64,000 bases of DNA from an uncultured Actinomycetota bacterium. GTDB taxonomy: Bacteria; Actinomycetota; UBA4738; HRBIN12. The notes under the pieces were generated by a model. The model had not been told where the DNA came from and did no database searches. It saw only the letters and a program-made list of their open reading frames with translations. Within the stretch, counting starts at the first letter, position 1; every line of letters starts with the position of its first letter. The stretch is from NCBI GenBank assembly GCA_963746335.1, contig CAVVAK010000004.1:530825-594824 (forward strand). Direction: 5' to 3'. This document shows, in pieces, positions 28,011 to 38,491 of this stretch. The translations under genes and the position numbers were made by a program.

Positions 28011-29796
28011 ATGAGGGACTTTTCGCCGAGTGTTCCAGAGTGGATCTTGCTCTCCGAGGCCGCCTTCCTCACCGGCGAAAGCGAAGCATCGATCTTGGAG
28101 CTCGTTCGCTCGGGACGGATCGAAGCCCGGCAGGTCGAGAAGCACGACGCGGATCCGAGGCTCCTCCTCCTTCGAGCGAGTGATGTCCAAGACCTCGAGC
28201 GGCTGCGTTCTCTCGACGGAGAAGTCTTCAGCTTCAGCCCCGAACAGCAGAGCCCGGCCCTCGAAACGCGAGCAGCCGTCCACACCCCGTATCGGATCTC
28301 CGTAGGTCGCTTCGCGGCGGCTGCCGCGGTCATCGTCGTCTTGATCGCCAGCAGCGTCGGACTTCCCACCGGCATCTCCCAAGCGGTCGATGTCCTGTTC
28401 GTCCGCGGCACCAAGGTGCAGAAGCCTCGACCGACATGCAAGGGAACCAGCGCCAGGTGCGCGCCCCTGCCCAACCCGATCCCGTCGCCAAGTCCGACTC
28501 CGTCTCTCAGTCCGTCGCCGAGCCCGAGCCCATCACCCAGCCCCTCATCGAGCCCGAGCCCTTCGCTCAGTCCGAGTCCGAGTCCGAGTCCGAGTCCGTC
28601 GCTGAGCCCGAGCCCGTCGCCGAGACCGAGCCCGTTGCCAAGCCCGTTGCCGAGTCCCCCGCCAACCGGGAGCCTCGGTCGGGGACCGGAGGCGGCGATC
28701 ACCTGTCCCGCCGGGGCCGTTGCACATCGCTCCCGGCGCGAGCATCCAGAACGCGGTGAACGCGAATCCTGCGGGAACAGCCTTCTGTCTGGGCGACGGC
28801 GTTCACCAGGTTCCTTCACCGATCACGCCCAAGACCGGCGACAGCTTCACGGGCGAGTTCGGCGCGGTGCTCGATGGGACCGGCACGGCCTTCAGAGCCA
28901 CCCACAACTTCGAAGGTCTCATCAACGCGCACAACCAGAACATCGACGACGTGACCATCCGCAACTTGGTCATCCGTGACTCGGCCAGAACGCGGCGTAT
29001 CCACGCCTACCAGGACTATTCGGATGGATGGGTCGTCGAGAACAACGAGTTCGTGAACAACGGCATCGGCCATCTCCCATGGCAATACCTTCCAGATCCG
29101 CCGCAACCTCGTCCATGACAACTGGCAGTACGGCATCGCTTGCTACACAGTGCCATGGCTCCGTGATCGAGGACAACGACTTCTCATTCAACGCTTCCCG
29201 TCGTTCCGAGTTCCCCGGCGACGCCGGCGCGTCGAAGTGGATGGCCGCGCCGAACACCGTCGTCCGCGACAACAACTTTCATGACAACTATGGCTCGGGC
29301 ATCTGGTTCGACTTCGATAACTGCGGCCATCCTGATCGAGGGCAACCGCATCACCGACAACCAGGGCAGCGGCATCTTCTACGAGATGAGCGGCCAGGGC
29401 ATCATCCGCAACAACGTGCTTGCGCGGAACAGTCGCGAAGACATCTATCTGTCGGAAGCCTCGGGCGTGGAGGTCTACGGGAACACCGTCGAGACCCTGA
29501 AGAAGGGCATCTCCCTCTTCATCGACATGTCTCGCGGCTACGCTCTCCAGAACAACTTCATCCACGACAACAGCGTGACCGTCTTGCCGGTTTCGGGAAC
29601 ATGGGCGGTCGGGATGACGTGTCTGAACATGACATCGTCCAACTGCTTCAACTACCACACGAGCCACAACAACCGATTCGAGCGGGGCGCCTACGACGTT
29701 CCTAACCCCGCGGCAGACTATTGGTTCGTCGGCAACGCTCGGCAATTCCCGGGATGGCAGTCGCTCGGATTCGATCCCACCGGGTCGGTTCGCTAG
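28011..29796 (+). pseudogene. HTH (excisionase/MerR-like) - TM - Ser/Pro linker - beta-helix protein; paralogue of 26321..27860, with four +1 frame breaks
   Basis: ATG 28011 is preceded by GGGGAGAGAAGCGGTC (SD-like). HTH-like WILLSEAAFLTGESEASILELVRSGRIEARQV; TM VGRFAAAAAVIVVLIASSVGL; (SP)n linker. ITCPAGAV|HIAPGASIQNAVNANPAGTAFCL aligns with the paralogue IGCPSGSVRLRPGRRLQAAIDAKPGGTAFCF. Frame breaks by my reading are at about 28722, 29071, 29144-29157 and 29328. Confidence 0.65.
28464..28664 (+). repeat. low-complexity Ser-Pro coding repeat, including 5x AGTCCG at 28569..28598
   Basis: Encodes LPNPIPSPSPTPSLSPSPSPSPSPSPSSSPSPSLSPSPSPSPSPSLSPSPSPRPSPLPSPLPSPPP. The perfect hexamer run AGTCCG x5 is visible in the DNA. 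Confidence 0.9.
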
Positions 29797-29996
29797 CCGA
29801 GTAGGTCGCTTCGAGAGATCACGTCGCCCTCGACCGTGACGGCTCAGCCTTAGCCAGCCGCCCCGGCCAGGATAGGGGAACCCCCAGAGCCGCCTCGTCG
29901 ATCCGCCACCCATCAAGACAGCCTGCTCTTGCGTAGCGTGGTCGGCTTGCGGCACTATCGGTTCTCTATGCGAATGGTATCGGCGGGCGGAGGCGC

Positions 29997-30854
29997 GTGG
30001 TGTTCCTGGCAACGAGGATCAAGAGAAGGTGGTCAAACACCACGGCTATCGCGCGCTTCATCTGGACCCACCCGGCGAATCAAGGCCGACGCCTTCGCCA
30101 ACTTGTTCGATCCGCTGCGTTCGAGATCGATGGCCGCTACTTCCGTCGGCGGCGGCGCCTGATCCGCGTTGGTAGATCGCGGATGTGGGCGGATCACGCC
30201 TTCGACAGCTCAGTCTTCGCCTTCCATGGATGGCCCGTCAATTGGAACGACATGCACGCGTGGCGCCGGCATCTCCAGCCAGGAGATCTGTTCGTTGACG
30301 TTGGCGCCAACATCGGCGCGTACACGCTGTGGGCTGCGGAGGAAGGAGCCGAAGTCATCGCCGTTGAGCCGAACGGTCCAGCATGCGATCGACTTCGGGA
30401 GCACATCGAGCTCAATGATTACGTCGACAAGGTAACCGTCATCTGCGCCGCTGCCGGGGCGGCTCCAGGAGTTGCGCGGATGACAGACTCATTCGATTCG
30501 GCGAACCACCTGATCTTCGACGACGGGGAAGGGGACGTCCGTGTCGAGACCATCGATGAGATCGTGGGAAGTCGACCGATCGCTGGGATGAAGGTCGACG
30601 TGGAGGGCGCAGAACGCCTCGTCCTGCAGGGTGCAGAGCGAGCGTTGAAGGAACAACGGGTCGGCTTGCTCCAATTGGAATGGAACGCGCTGTCCCGGGA
30701 TCTTCTCGGGGAAGATCGGACTCCGGTGGCAGACCTCCTGCGAGAGAGTGGATACGGGTTCTTCTATCCAGACGAGAGCGGGTCATTGCACCCGGTGTCG
30801 GAGCCCGCTTCCCATCCGGGAGCACGCGACGTATTTGCGGCTCCCATCGCCTGA
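29997..30854 (+). CDS. FkbM-family SAM-dependent methyltransferase
   Basis: LFVDVGANIGAYTLWAAEEGAEVIAVEPNGPACDRLREHIELN and MKVDVEGAERLVLQGA are the Methyltransf_21/FkbM signature. Confidence 0.85.
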   Translation: MVFLATRIKRRWSNTTAIARFIWTHPANQGRRLRQLVRSAAFEIDGRYFRRRRRLIRVGRSRMWADHAFDSSVFAFHGWPVNWNDMHAWRRHLQPGDLFVDVGANIGAYTLWAAEEGAEVIAVEPNGPACDRLREHIELNDYVDKVTVICAAAGAAPGVARMTDSFDSANHLIFDDGEGDVRVETIDEIVGSRPIAGMKVDVEGAERLVLQGAERALKEQRVGLLQLEWNALSRDLLGEDRTPVADLLRESGYGFFYPDESGSLHPVSEPASHPGARDVFAAPIA

Positions 30855-31135
30855 CTCGGAAGCTGGCGCCAGGGCTCGGCGATCTTGGACGAGGTCATGC
30901 CCTCAGATCTGCCAGTTCGTCCATGTGCGACTGACTGAGAGATCTCTAGGCGGCTGCTGACGAAACGCGACGAGCTCAAGGAGCGAGAAGTTCCTCGAGG
31001 AGTGTCATACGCCTCGTTCTCGGTCACCCCTCTCGATCTGAAGGCGAGTGGTAGGTTTGTTTCATTGATGCTCGCCCCAGTTTCCGATTGCTCCACGTGT
31101 GCTCCCGCGACGACACATGAGAAGCCGCGTGCAGC

Positions 31136-32254
31136 GTGGAGCGACCCATCACATGGGAATCAGCCTTGAGGATCGTTCACTACTACCCGCGCGCATCTGT
31201 GGGAGATGGAGGATGTTCATATGCAGTACGCGGGTGGGCAGCTGCCGTCGCCGGTACGGGAGCGCAGGTTGTCGTCGCGTTCGATCGGCTTGGAGAGCAT
31301 CCAGAGGCCCCGGGAGTTCAGTGGGAACAGGTGCCACATCGACGACGCGGCGGACTTCGCTCCGTTGATGCCCTCAACGATGTGGTGATCGGCGCGGACT
31401 TCCTGGTGCTTCACTCAGGGTGGGTCTATCACAACGTGCAAGCCGCCAAGATCGCTCGCGGATCCGGGGTCCCCTACGTCCTCACGCCTCATGGCGCCTA
31501 CGACCCGAACCTGATGCGGAGACGGAGGGTGCTGAAGCGCCTCTGGTGGACGCTCCTGGAAGAGGAGCTCGTGTCTCATGCGGCGGCCATCCATGTCTTC
31601 TACGAAGAGGAACGCGCCCTCCTTGCGGGTCTCGGTTACGCCGGCAAGGTGATCGTCGCCCCCAACGGCGTGACCATCCCGGATCTCGCCGCGGATGGGG
31701 GAGCGACGAAAGACTACGTCCTGTGGATGGGTAGATTCGACATCGAGGTCAAGGGGATCGATCTCCTCCTCCGCGCACTGGCGTCCCTGCCGGCAGATAC
31801 CCGGCCCCCGGCACGGTTGCATGGCCCGGATTGGCGCGGTGGCAAGCGACAGGCGATCGAACTCGTGCGCACCCTCGGGCTCGAGGGATCAGTCACGATC
31901 GGTCCTCCTGTTTACGGGGCGGACAAGTGGGATACCCTGAGCAATGCTCGTCTCTTCGTCTTTCCATCCAGGTGGGAGGCGCAAGGTATCGCCGCTCTAG
32001 AGGCAGCTGGCATCGGAGTGCCGGTGGTTGCGACCGGCAGTACGTTCCTCGGGCGCCAGCTCGCCAGGGAGGGCGCTGCCCTACCCGCTGACGACAACGC
32101 TGAAAGTATCGGCTCTGCCTTGATGCGGGGTTGGTCTTCGGACACGACATCGATAGGACTGAACGGTTCTCGGCTCGTGAGAGAAGTGTTCTCATGGAGT
32201 GCGGTTGCCGATAGCTATCTTCGACAACTCGAGCCCATCCGTGATGAGATCTGA
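31136..32254 (+). CDS. GT4 glycosyltransferase
   Basis: LRIVHYYPRA...GG, MGRFDIEVKGIDLLLRAL, LFVFPSRWEAQGIAALEAAGIGVPVVAT. The real start is probably TTG 31166 (L-RIVHYYP). Confidence 0.8.
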   Translation: MERPITWESALRIVHYYPRASVGDGGCSYAVRGWAAAVAGTGAQVVVAFDRLGEHPEAPGVQWEQVPHRRRGGLRSVDALNDVVIGADFLVLHSGWVYHNVQAAKIARGSGVPYVLTPHGAYDPNLMRRRRVLKRLWWTLLEEELVSHAAAIHVFYEEERALLAGLGYAGKVIVAPNGVTIPDLAADGGATKDYVLWMGRFDIEVKGIDLLLRALASLPADTRPPARLHGPDWRGGKRQAIELVRTLGLEGSVTIGPPVYGADKWDTLSNARLFVFPSRWEAQGIAALEAAGIGVPVVATGSTFLGRQLAREGAALPADDNAESIGSALMRGWSSDTTSIGLNGSRLVREVFSWSAVADSYLRQLEPIRDEI

Positions 32255-33044
32255 TGACTCATCGAGCCTCTGGCTTCCCCTGCTCCGTACGTTGACGGAG
32301 ACGAGTACCCACTGGGGCGTATTGAAGAACGCCGATAGGGCGCTCGAGGGGATGGGCGACATCGACTCCGTCGCACCGAGAGAGGACTGGGCGCAACTCG
32401 AGCGCTGTCACCGGGATTGGGCGTCATCGAACGGAGCCATCGCGACGATCGCATGCACTCACACTCCCGGTCTACTCATCCTCCTCGCCGTCTTGCCTGG
32501 ACAAGAATCTCTCCTTCAGCTCGATCTCTTCTCAGATTGCTACTGGAGGGGAAGCACACTGTTTTCGGCGCGGCAACTTGGTCCGCTGATGACGAAGGAT
32601 CCGCGAGGATTCAGGCGAGTGAGACCCGGGGCGGAAGGGGTGGTCCTTCTTCTCCTCAACGGCACTCGGTGGGGAGCACGGCCCGACACGGCGACCCTGT
32701 TGAAACGACGAGTACCCGACTTGCTGAGAGAAGATCCAGAAGGCGTTGCGGCGACGGCTCGCGTCCTCGGGGCACCTAGGGTCTTGAGCGTGGCCTCGGC
32801 TGTCCAGAACGACGAGTGGGCGACGACATCGATCCTTTCACTCGAAGTGCGCGCCCTCGCTCGGTCGCTGTTGTGGCCCCGAGAACTTGTCGGAAGGATC
32901 CTCTGGCGCAGCAGGGCGCACGCGCGGGTGTGTCCTGTGGACCGAGCCCTTGACGATGATCGACGCATCCCGGCTGATCTCGATACCTGGTTCCGCTCGA
33001 TCGAGGCCCAAGGAACCTCCCAGCACCAGGTGGTCCGCTTCTAG
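32244..33044 (+). CDS. hypothetical protein (possible nucleotidyltransferase-like fold)
   Basis: ATG 32244 overlaps the GT4 stop by 11 nt. The only motif-like string is EGMGDIDSVAP. Coding is inferred mainly from operon position and length. Confidence 0.4.
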   Translation: MRSDDSSSLWLPLLRTLTETSTHWGVLKNADRALEGMGDIDSVAPREDWAQLERCHRDWASSNGAIATIACTHTPGLLILLAVLPGQESLLQLDLFSDCYWRGSTLFSARQLGPLMTKDPRGFRRVRPGAEGVVLLLLNGTRWGARPDTATLLKRRVPDLLREDPEGVAATARVLGAPRVLSVASAVQNDEWATTSILSLEVRALARSLLWPRELVGRILWRSRAHARVCPVDRALDDDRRIPADLDTWFRSIEAQGTSQHQVVRF

Positions 33045-33084
33045 TTCTTGAGGGGTCACCCGAAGCGCAATGCGACTCGGAACC

Positions 33085-34418
33085 TCATGCAAGCTCTGAG
33101 CGAGGTGGAGCATTCGCCCGATGAGAGGTTTCTCCATGCTCACGAAGCGCTCGAGAGAACTGCCACCAGGCGATCGGTATCCGGAGGCAACCCGCGGCTG
33201 CCAATCCCCAGGCGGCGCCTTCGGCATCCGCAATAGAAGCCCCTATGAGGGCGCACGTGATGATCGCAAGAGCGTCGATGCACCTCGCTCGGAGACTTCT
33301 CTTCGCTGCTGCGAGCGAACGGAGGCCCGCCATCGCCCCGTAGGCCAGTCCGATCGCCACCATGGCGATCGAGAGGGGAAGCAGAACGCTCCGCGCGCCA
33401 TCCCAGTTCCTACCCAGGAGGGCACTCCCGATGCCTTCGGGAAGAACCAGAAGCACCACCCCCCAAACCAGCGCACCGGATGCCAGTCCGAGCGGAGATC
33501 CAGCGGCTGGCTTTCAGGAGACGATGAGGAGACTCCTGGAGCAATCGCACGCCTTCCGGAACCGTCACCAAACCCGCCCCTCCGAACAAGATGTTGAGAG
33601 GCCCGAGAGCGGTCTGCCCGGCTCGCAAACGCCCTAGCTGAGCCAATCCGGTCAGGCCGCCGACCCCGAACAACGTGAGGCTCTGGGTGCCAGTGGTCAC
33701 GGCGAACTCCGCGAGGAATCGCGGGACGAGGTCACGTTGGTGCCTGACCCATTCGATTGACCCAGTGGGACTGTTCGGCAACAACTTCAGCTGTGCGAGC
33801 CCTACGAGGGATGCGAGGGATCCGGCGGTCGCCCACGAAAGTGTGAACCACGCCACGGTCGGATGGCTCGTGAGAGTCACGAGCCAGAAGCCAACGAGCA
33901 TCGTGACGGCCCATGTGACATCGTTGAGAAGAGCAGCGCCTCCTCGTCCACGAGCGAAGAACGCGAAGCGACACGTGTCCTGCACGAGCAAGAGTGGAAG
34001 CGCGACGCCGAGGATCACCAAGGATGACCCCGAGCGAGCCCCCCACGACGCCGCCTGCGATCAGGCTACCGAGCCCCACCAGAGCACCAGCCGCGAAGGC
34101 CATGCCAGACGCCAGCTTCACACCTTCGCGCCATCGGAGCTCTGAGACGGAGCTGTATCGAACGACGAGTGGCTCCCCTGCCAGCGCACGGACGGCGCCG
34201 AGCGAGAGAGTGAAGGTCGCGTAGGCCAAGCTGAAAGCGCCGAAATCCGCGGGACTCACGGCCCTTGCCACAAGTGCTACGAGGAGGAAGTTCGTGACGC
34301 TGGAGAGCAACTGGTCACCCAGACCCCAACCGAACCGCCGCAGTGTCCCGAGGAGGCCCGGTTTCGGGCCATCGATCGTGGAGAAGGCTCCGGTCTCTTC
34401 AGGTCTGGATATCGTCAA
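33085..34418 (-). pseudogene. wzx: Wzx-type polysaccharide flippase (MOP/PST family) with two +1 frame breaks
   Basis: Three consecutive minus-strand ORFs (33732..34511, 33410..34021, 33085..33459) join into one multi-TM protein: LRRFGWGLGDQLLSSVTNFLLVALVARAVSPADFGAFSLAYA ... GVILG|ILGVALPLLLVQDTCRFAFFARG ... RLLKAS|AGSPLGLASGALVWGVVLLVLPEGIGSALLG. Breaks are near 34010 and 33503-33510. Proposed start is TTG 34418. Confidence 0.7.
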
Positions 34419-35552
34419 CTCAGAGCCGCTCCGGTACGCACTCTCGATGTTGAGGAGTCCTTGCTCTGGCGAATACAGGTTCGACCAGGTCTGCCACCCC
34501 GCTTCGCCCATCCGCTCTGACTCAGCGTCGTCGAGAAGCCTATCGGCGCCCCGGATCCACGCTCCGGGATCGATCGGGTGGGAGCACCAAACCGGTCACT
34601 CCATCCTGAACGATCTCGGGGAGCCCACCCGCGCGACTCGCCAGGACAGGAACGCCTGCGGCATAAGCTTCCTGGACTACCCTCCCCGCTCCCTCGTGCC
34701 AGAGGGATGGCAAAGGACAGCGCGAGCCCCTCTGAGAAGCGCGGGCACCTGGTCAGGCTGAACGGTCCCCCGAAACTCGACGTTCTGTGGTGCGGCGCCT
34801 CGCAAACGAGATGCTTCGGGTCCGTCACCGATAATCAGCAATCTGGCCTTCATCAGCCTCCATGTATCTACGAGTTGCGTCAGGCCCTTCTCTGGCGTCA
34901 ACCGGCCGAGATACATGAAGTAATCACCCGCCCCTTCTCGCGGCTCAGCCGGCCACGTGAAGTGCGGCTTCACGACCATCTGATCGGTCGAGAAACCGCC
35001 TTCAACGTGCTTCTGTCGCACGAAATCGCTGATAGCGATGTACAGGCGGATACGCTCGAATGTGCGGATCGCCTTGTGAACGACAAGTGATGAGGCGAGT
35101 GCGGCGCTGGCCGCAGTTGAGTCTTGATAGCAGCTGTGAAGGACCCCAGGCCATGGAACACGGCCGATGCAGTCCTCGCAGATCTTCCCGTCGCGGAACA
35201 GTGTCGCGGGAAGACAGAGGAATCGGTAGTTGTGGAGTGTGACGACGACGGGTGCCCCCCCGACAGCCCTGATCACGGCGGGCGAAAGAGCAGGGAAGAG
35301 GTTGTGACAATGCACGATGTCCGGTTGCCGCTCCTTGATGCGGCGCTTCACTTCAGCGGCAGCCTCGTTGGACCAGATGGTGCCAAGGCCTGCACGGATC
35401 AGATCCAGCCCAGATGGCTGACCGAGTGCGGGAGTAAAGAGGTCGACTTGGTGGCCAGCTTCAGAGAGAAGGCGCGCCTCATCCTCGACGACACGATTTT
35501 CTCCGGAAGCCGGTCCAGAGCGGTACCGCGAGTGGAGGATCAAGATCCTCAC
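34419..35552 (-). pseudogene. GT4 glycosyltransferase with one -1 and one +1 frame break and no in-frame stop before the flippase
   Basis: MRILILHSRYRSGPASGENRVVEDEARLLSEAGHQVDLF...YLGRLTPEKGL... then ...AVLC|PSLWHEGAGRVVQEAYAAGVPVLASRAGGLPEIVQDGVTGLVLPPD|DPGAWIRGADRLLDDAESERMGEAGWQTW. Breaks are near 34705-34716 and 34566-34576. The 3' end is undefined. Confidence 0.7.
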
Positions 35553-35666
35553 TACCGGTTTCCTGCCCAGCCAGTTCCCAAGCAGACTGAATCACCAGGA
35601 CCCACCTCAGCCTCACGCTCGTCACGAGACATCCCTGAGCGACCTATCCCTTCTGATGGAGCGTCT

Positions 35667-37139
35667 CTAGAGACGTCTAGCGACGGGGGCCGGAGCGACC
35701 GAGTTCGAGGCGTCAGCATACTGGGCGAGCTCAAACCTCTCATCGCCGTCCGAACCCAGGAAGTTTCGCTGCGCCAGGATGGGAGCGTGTAGCAACACGA
35801 GTGTCACGAACCCCACTCCCGGGAACGCCAGCGTCTCAGACGCGACTGATGCGACAACCAGGAACGCAAGAGGGGCGACCACCAGGGCTGGATTCACGAT
35901 GGAACGCCGGGAACGGATGTGGATCAGCAGATAGAGGATGTCTGCGATCGCGAGCACCGGTCCGAGGATCCCGATGGCGAGGAGCAACTCGAGCCAGGAG
36001 CTGTGGGCAGTGCCTGCCCATTCCACCTGAGTGGGAAGGATCACCCTCGCAGCGCCATATCCGAAGCCCGTGAACCACCTTCCGGCGTCGCTGATCAGAT
36101 CGATCGAGAGCACCCAGAGGGGGATACGCCCGTTGAGGGAAGTAAGACCTTGGCTCGTCTCACCTCGCGACAGGTACTCCACGATCTCGGGCGCTGCGAC
36201 GACGACGAGCGAGACGAGTGCCACCGCGTAGTAGACAAGACCGAGGATCTTCGTCAGCGGCCTGGTTCGGCCCATCCACCAGAACATCACCGCAAGTGCA
36301 ACGAGCAAAGCCGCCATCACCGTCCGCGTTTGTCCCAGGTAGAGACCTACGGCGAGCAAGAAGATACGGAACCAATAGCCGGAGGCACGGAGACGGAGAA
36401 AGGACCTGCCGCAGGCGCCGAGCACGAGAAGAGCCAGACCCATGTACAGCGAAGCGACGATGGGGTGCATCCCCGGCCATGAGAATCGTGGCTCCTTCCA
36501 GAAGCCTGTCGCGAACCCGACCAGGACGAGGACGGTCACGACTCGAACGAACAGTGCGAACGTTTCCCTCCAGATGGCCGCCGCCCGTTCCGGAGATGAA
36601 AGCCATATCCGAACCATCAGCAGAGCGAGACCGATGGGAACGAGAAGTTGACACGCTCGTACGAAGGTGAACAACGGCACGAGGGACCACGCGGTCGACG
36701 CCAACGCGATCAACGGCCAGATCACCACAGGCCCCATCCGTAAGCGCCTGGGGTCCCGGGCTATCAATACATTCCTGGATTGCAGGACGAGTCCCGCCAC
36801 GAGCATGTAGGTGAGCACTTGGATGAAACTCTCGATAGACGTCGACGAGATGCTCGTGTCGAGAGGATCGCGGCTTCCGAACTTGAAGTCAGGTGTGAGG
36901 GATAGCGCTATCCATGCGTACGGGATCCAGCCGTAGTTGGAGAGGAATTTCCAACGGTGCCCATCGAGGAAGACGATCGACGTGATGAGCACTGCCGCCG
37001 CGAGCGCGACGGCCACCCGCCCAGACTTGAGAGCGTAGATCCCTGCCAGAGCGGCGACCACGAGGACGGCGATCCACACACCAACCGCGCTCAGGTCTCT
37101 TCCTCCGCCATTCGGGCCTGGGACCTTGGACTTGATCAT
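35667..37139 (-). CDS. O-antigen polymerase/ligase family membrane protein (Wzy-like)
   Basis: About 12 TM segments and a Wzy_C-like loop: SLNGRIPLWVLSIDLISDAGRWFTGFGYGAARVILPTQVEWAGTAHSSWLELLLAIGILG. Confidence 0.75.
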   Translation of the reverse strand: MIKSKVPGPNGGGRDLSAVGVWIAVLVVAALAGIYALKSGRVAVALAAAVLITSIVFLDGHRWKFLSNYGWIPYAWIALSLTPDFKFGSRDPLDTSISSTSIESFIQVLTYMLVAGLVLQSRNVLIARDPRRLRMGPVVIWPLIALASTAWSLVPLFTFVRACQLLVPIGLALLMVRIWLSSPERAAAIWRETFALFVRVVTVLVLVGFATGFWKEPRFSWPGMHPIVASLYMGLALLVLGACGRSFLRLRASGYWFRIFLLAVGLYLGQTRTVMAALLVALAVMFWWMGRTRPLTKILGLVYYAVALVSLVVVAAPEIVEYLSRGETSQGLTSLNGRIPLWVLSIDLISDAGRWFTGFGYGAARVILPTQVEWAGTAHSSWLELLLAIGILGPVLAIADILYLLIHIRSRRSIVNPALVVAPLAFLVVASVASETLAFPGVGFVTLVLLHAPILAQRNFLGSDGDERFELAQYADASNSVAPAPVARRL

Positions 37140-37153
37140 TCGTGCTCTCGCCT

Positions 37154-38408
37154 TCAGCCCACGATGCCGTCGATGGTTGATGCTGGCGCCTCGGGACCTG
37201 CTTGAAACGTCTTGGACGAGACCCGCTCCTCATGTACCTCGAAGAGATGAGGCAGGCGCGTCTCGAGAAGCTTACGTATGCGCGCGGCGCTGCTGTCGAT
37301 GTCGGGGTGTGCGTGGATCGGAGCATGGGCAGCATCCCTCACGGTCTGTGCGAGATCGGCAACGGTTCTCGACACATCGGTCGGGATGACTCCCGTTCCC
37401 CCGATCTCGGGTGGTCCTCCGCGATGCAGGCACACGACGGGCAAACCCGCAGCCAGGGCTTCCGCTACGACGAATCCGCCCTCGTCGTGGATGCTGGGGA
37501 AGAGAAGCACATCCTGCTTCGCCACGCATCAGCTCCTCAACCCGAGAGTCAGAGATCCATCCGAGGAACCGCACGCGATGCTCCACGCCCAGTTTCCTGG
37601 CGAGGCGCTTCAGGCGTGGCCGGTCCGAGCCGCTTCCGCAGATGATCAGGGCCCATCCATCGAGTTTCACCAGAGCGCGGAGCGCCAGAGCCACTCCCTT
37701 CCAGGGGAGCAGGCGTCCCACGAACAAGGCTGTTGGTTGTGGCCGACGCGGCGCGGCGCGTGCGATCGGTCGCGGCCGATCAAGGACCACGTGCGGGAAG
37801 ACGACCGTCTTTTCCTGATGCCGGGCAGGGAGCCACGTACGGGTCTCGGGATTCTGCACCAAGATCAGATCGGCGCGCCACCAGGGCAGTCTGGCCAGCG
37901 GATTGGCATACCGAGCGACGGCTCGCGCGGAAGCCCGCGCCGCCTCGAAGATCGCACCGCGGATGCCGAGCACGCTGACGAGGTTCCAATCCATCCCCAC
38001 GCCCCCACCGACGGGTCCATAGATGAATGGACGACGGAGGAGAGGTGCGAGCGCCCCCAGCCATGCGTTCGCCCATGTCAGATGCCAGACCACATCGAAG
38101 GAGACACCTCGGGAGAGAGCACGTGCTCGCCGGAGGGCGGCCACCTGCCAAAGGAGGTAGTAGAGCCTCGCGCCCTTGGCCCCACGCTTCCAGGAGCGCG
38201 CCCGCTCCGGCAGGTCGACGTATTCGAAGTGCAGTCTCCCCTTCTCAGGGACTTGCGGAAGAGCCGCCTCGATCACACTTCTGTTGCTCTCTCGAGTGAT
38301 CACCCACACCTCAGCGAAGCGGGCAAGCATGCGCGACCAGATCCATCCGGCTCCGGGCTCCGACCCCTTGTCGGGTTCACACGCATACGCGAATACGAGC
38401 ACACGCAT
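37154..38408 (-). pseudogene. GT4 glycosyltransferase with one +1 frame break near 37520-37526
   Basis: MRVLVFAYACEPDKGSEPGAGW...ALFVGRLLPWKGVALALRAL...RVEELMR| then the next frame reads AKQDVLLFPSIHDEGGFVVAEALAAGLPVVCLHRGGPPEI. Confidence 0.75.
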
Positions 38409-38491
38409 CTGCTGAGCCTCTCACACGGCGTTGAGCAGGGATACGGACCTTTGGTCGTCCTTCAGGGCGAGGCTGGAGACCCGCTGGAGAG

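Noticed and set aside
28035-28208. The excisionase-type HTH as evidence of a prophage or integrative element.
   Set aside because: It is the N-terminal domain of a TM/beta-helix protein. No integrase, recombinase, att-like direct repeat or phage gene is nearby.
28390-28759. Alternative-frame ORFs across the Ser-Pro repeat (28390..28605, 28436..28759, 28545..28745) and the repeat itself as a possible CRISPR or other array.
   Set aside because: The periodicity is 6 nt and imperfect, with no spacer structure. Only frame 0 gives a sensible (SP)n linker joining a TM segment to a beta-helix domain.
30855-31135. The 280-bp spacer that looks less GC-rich, as a possible ncRNA or promoter element.
   Set aside because: I could not identify a convincing -10/-35 pair, a conserved structure or a repeat. 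It is noted only as a long spacer in the Wzx/Wzy locus finding.
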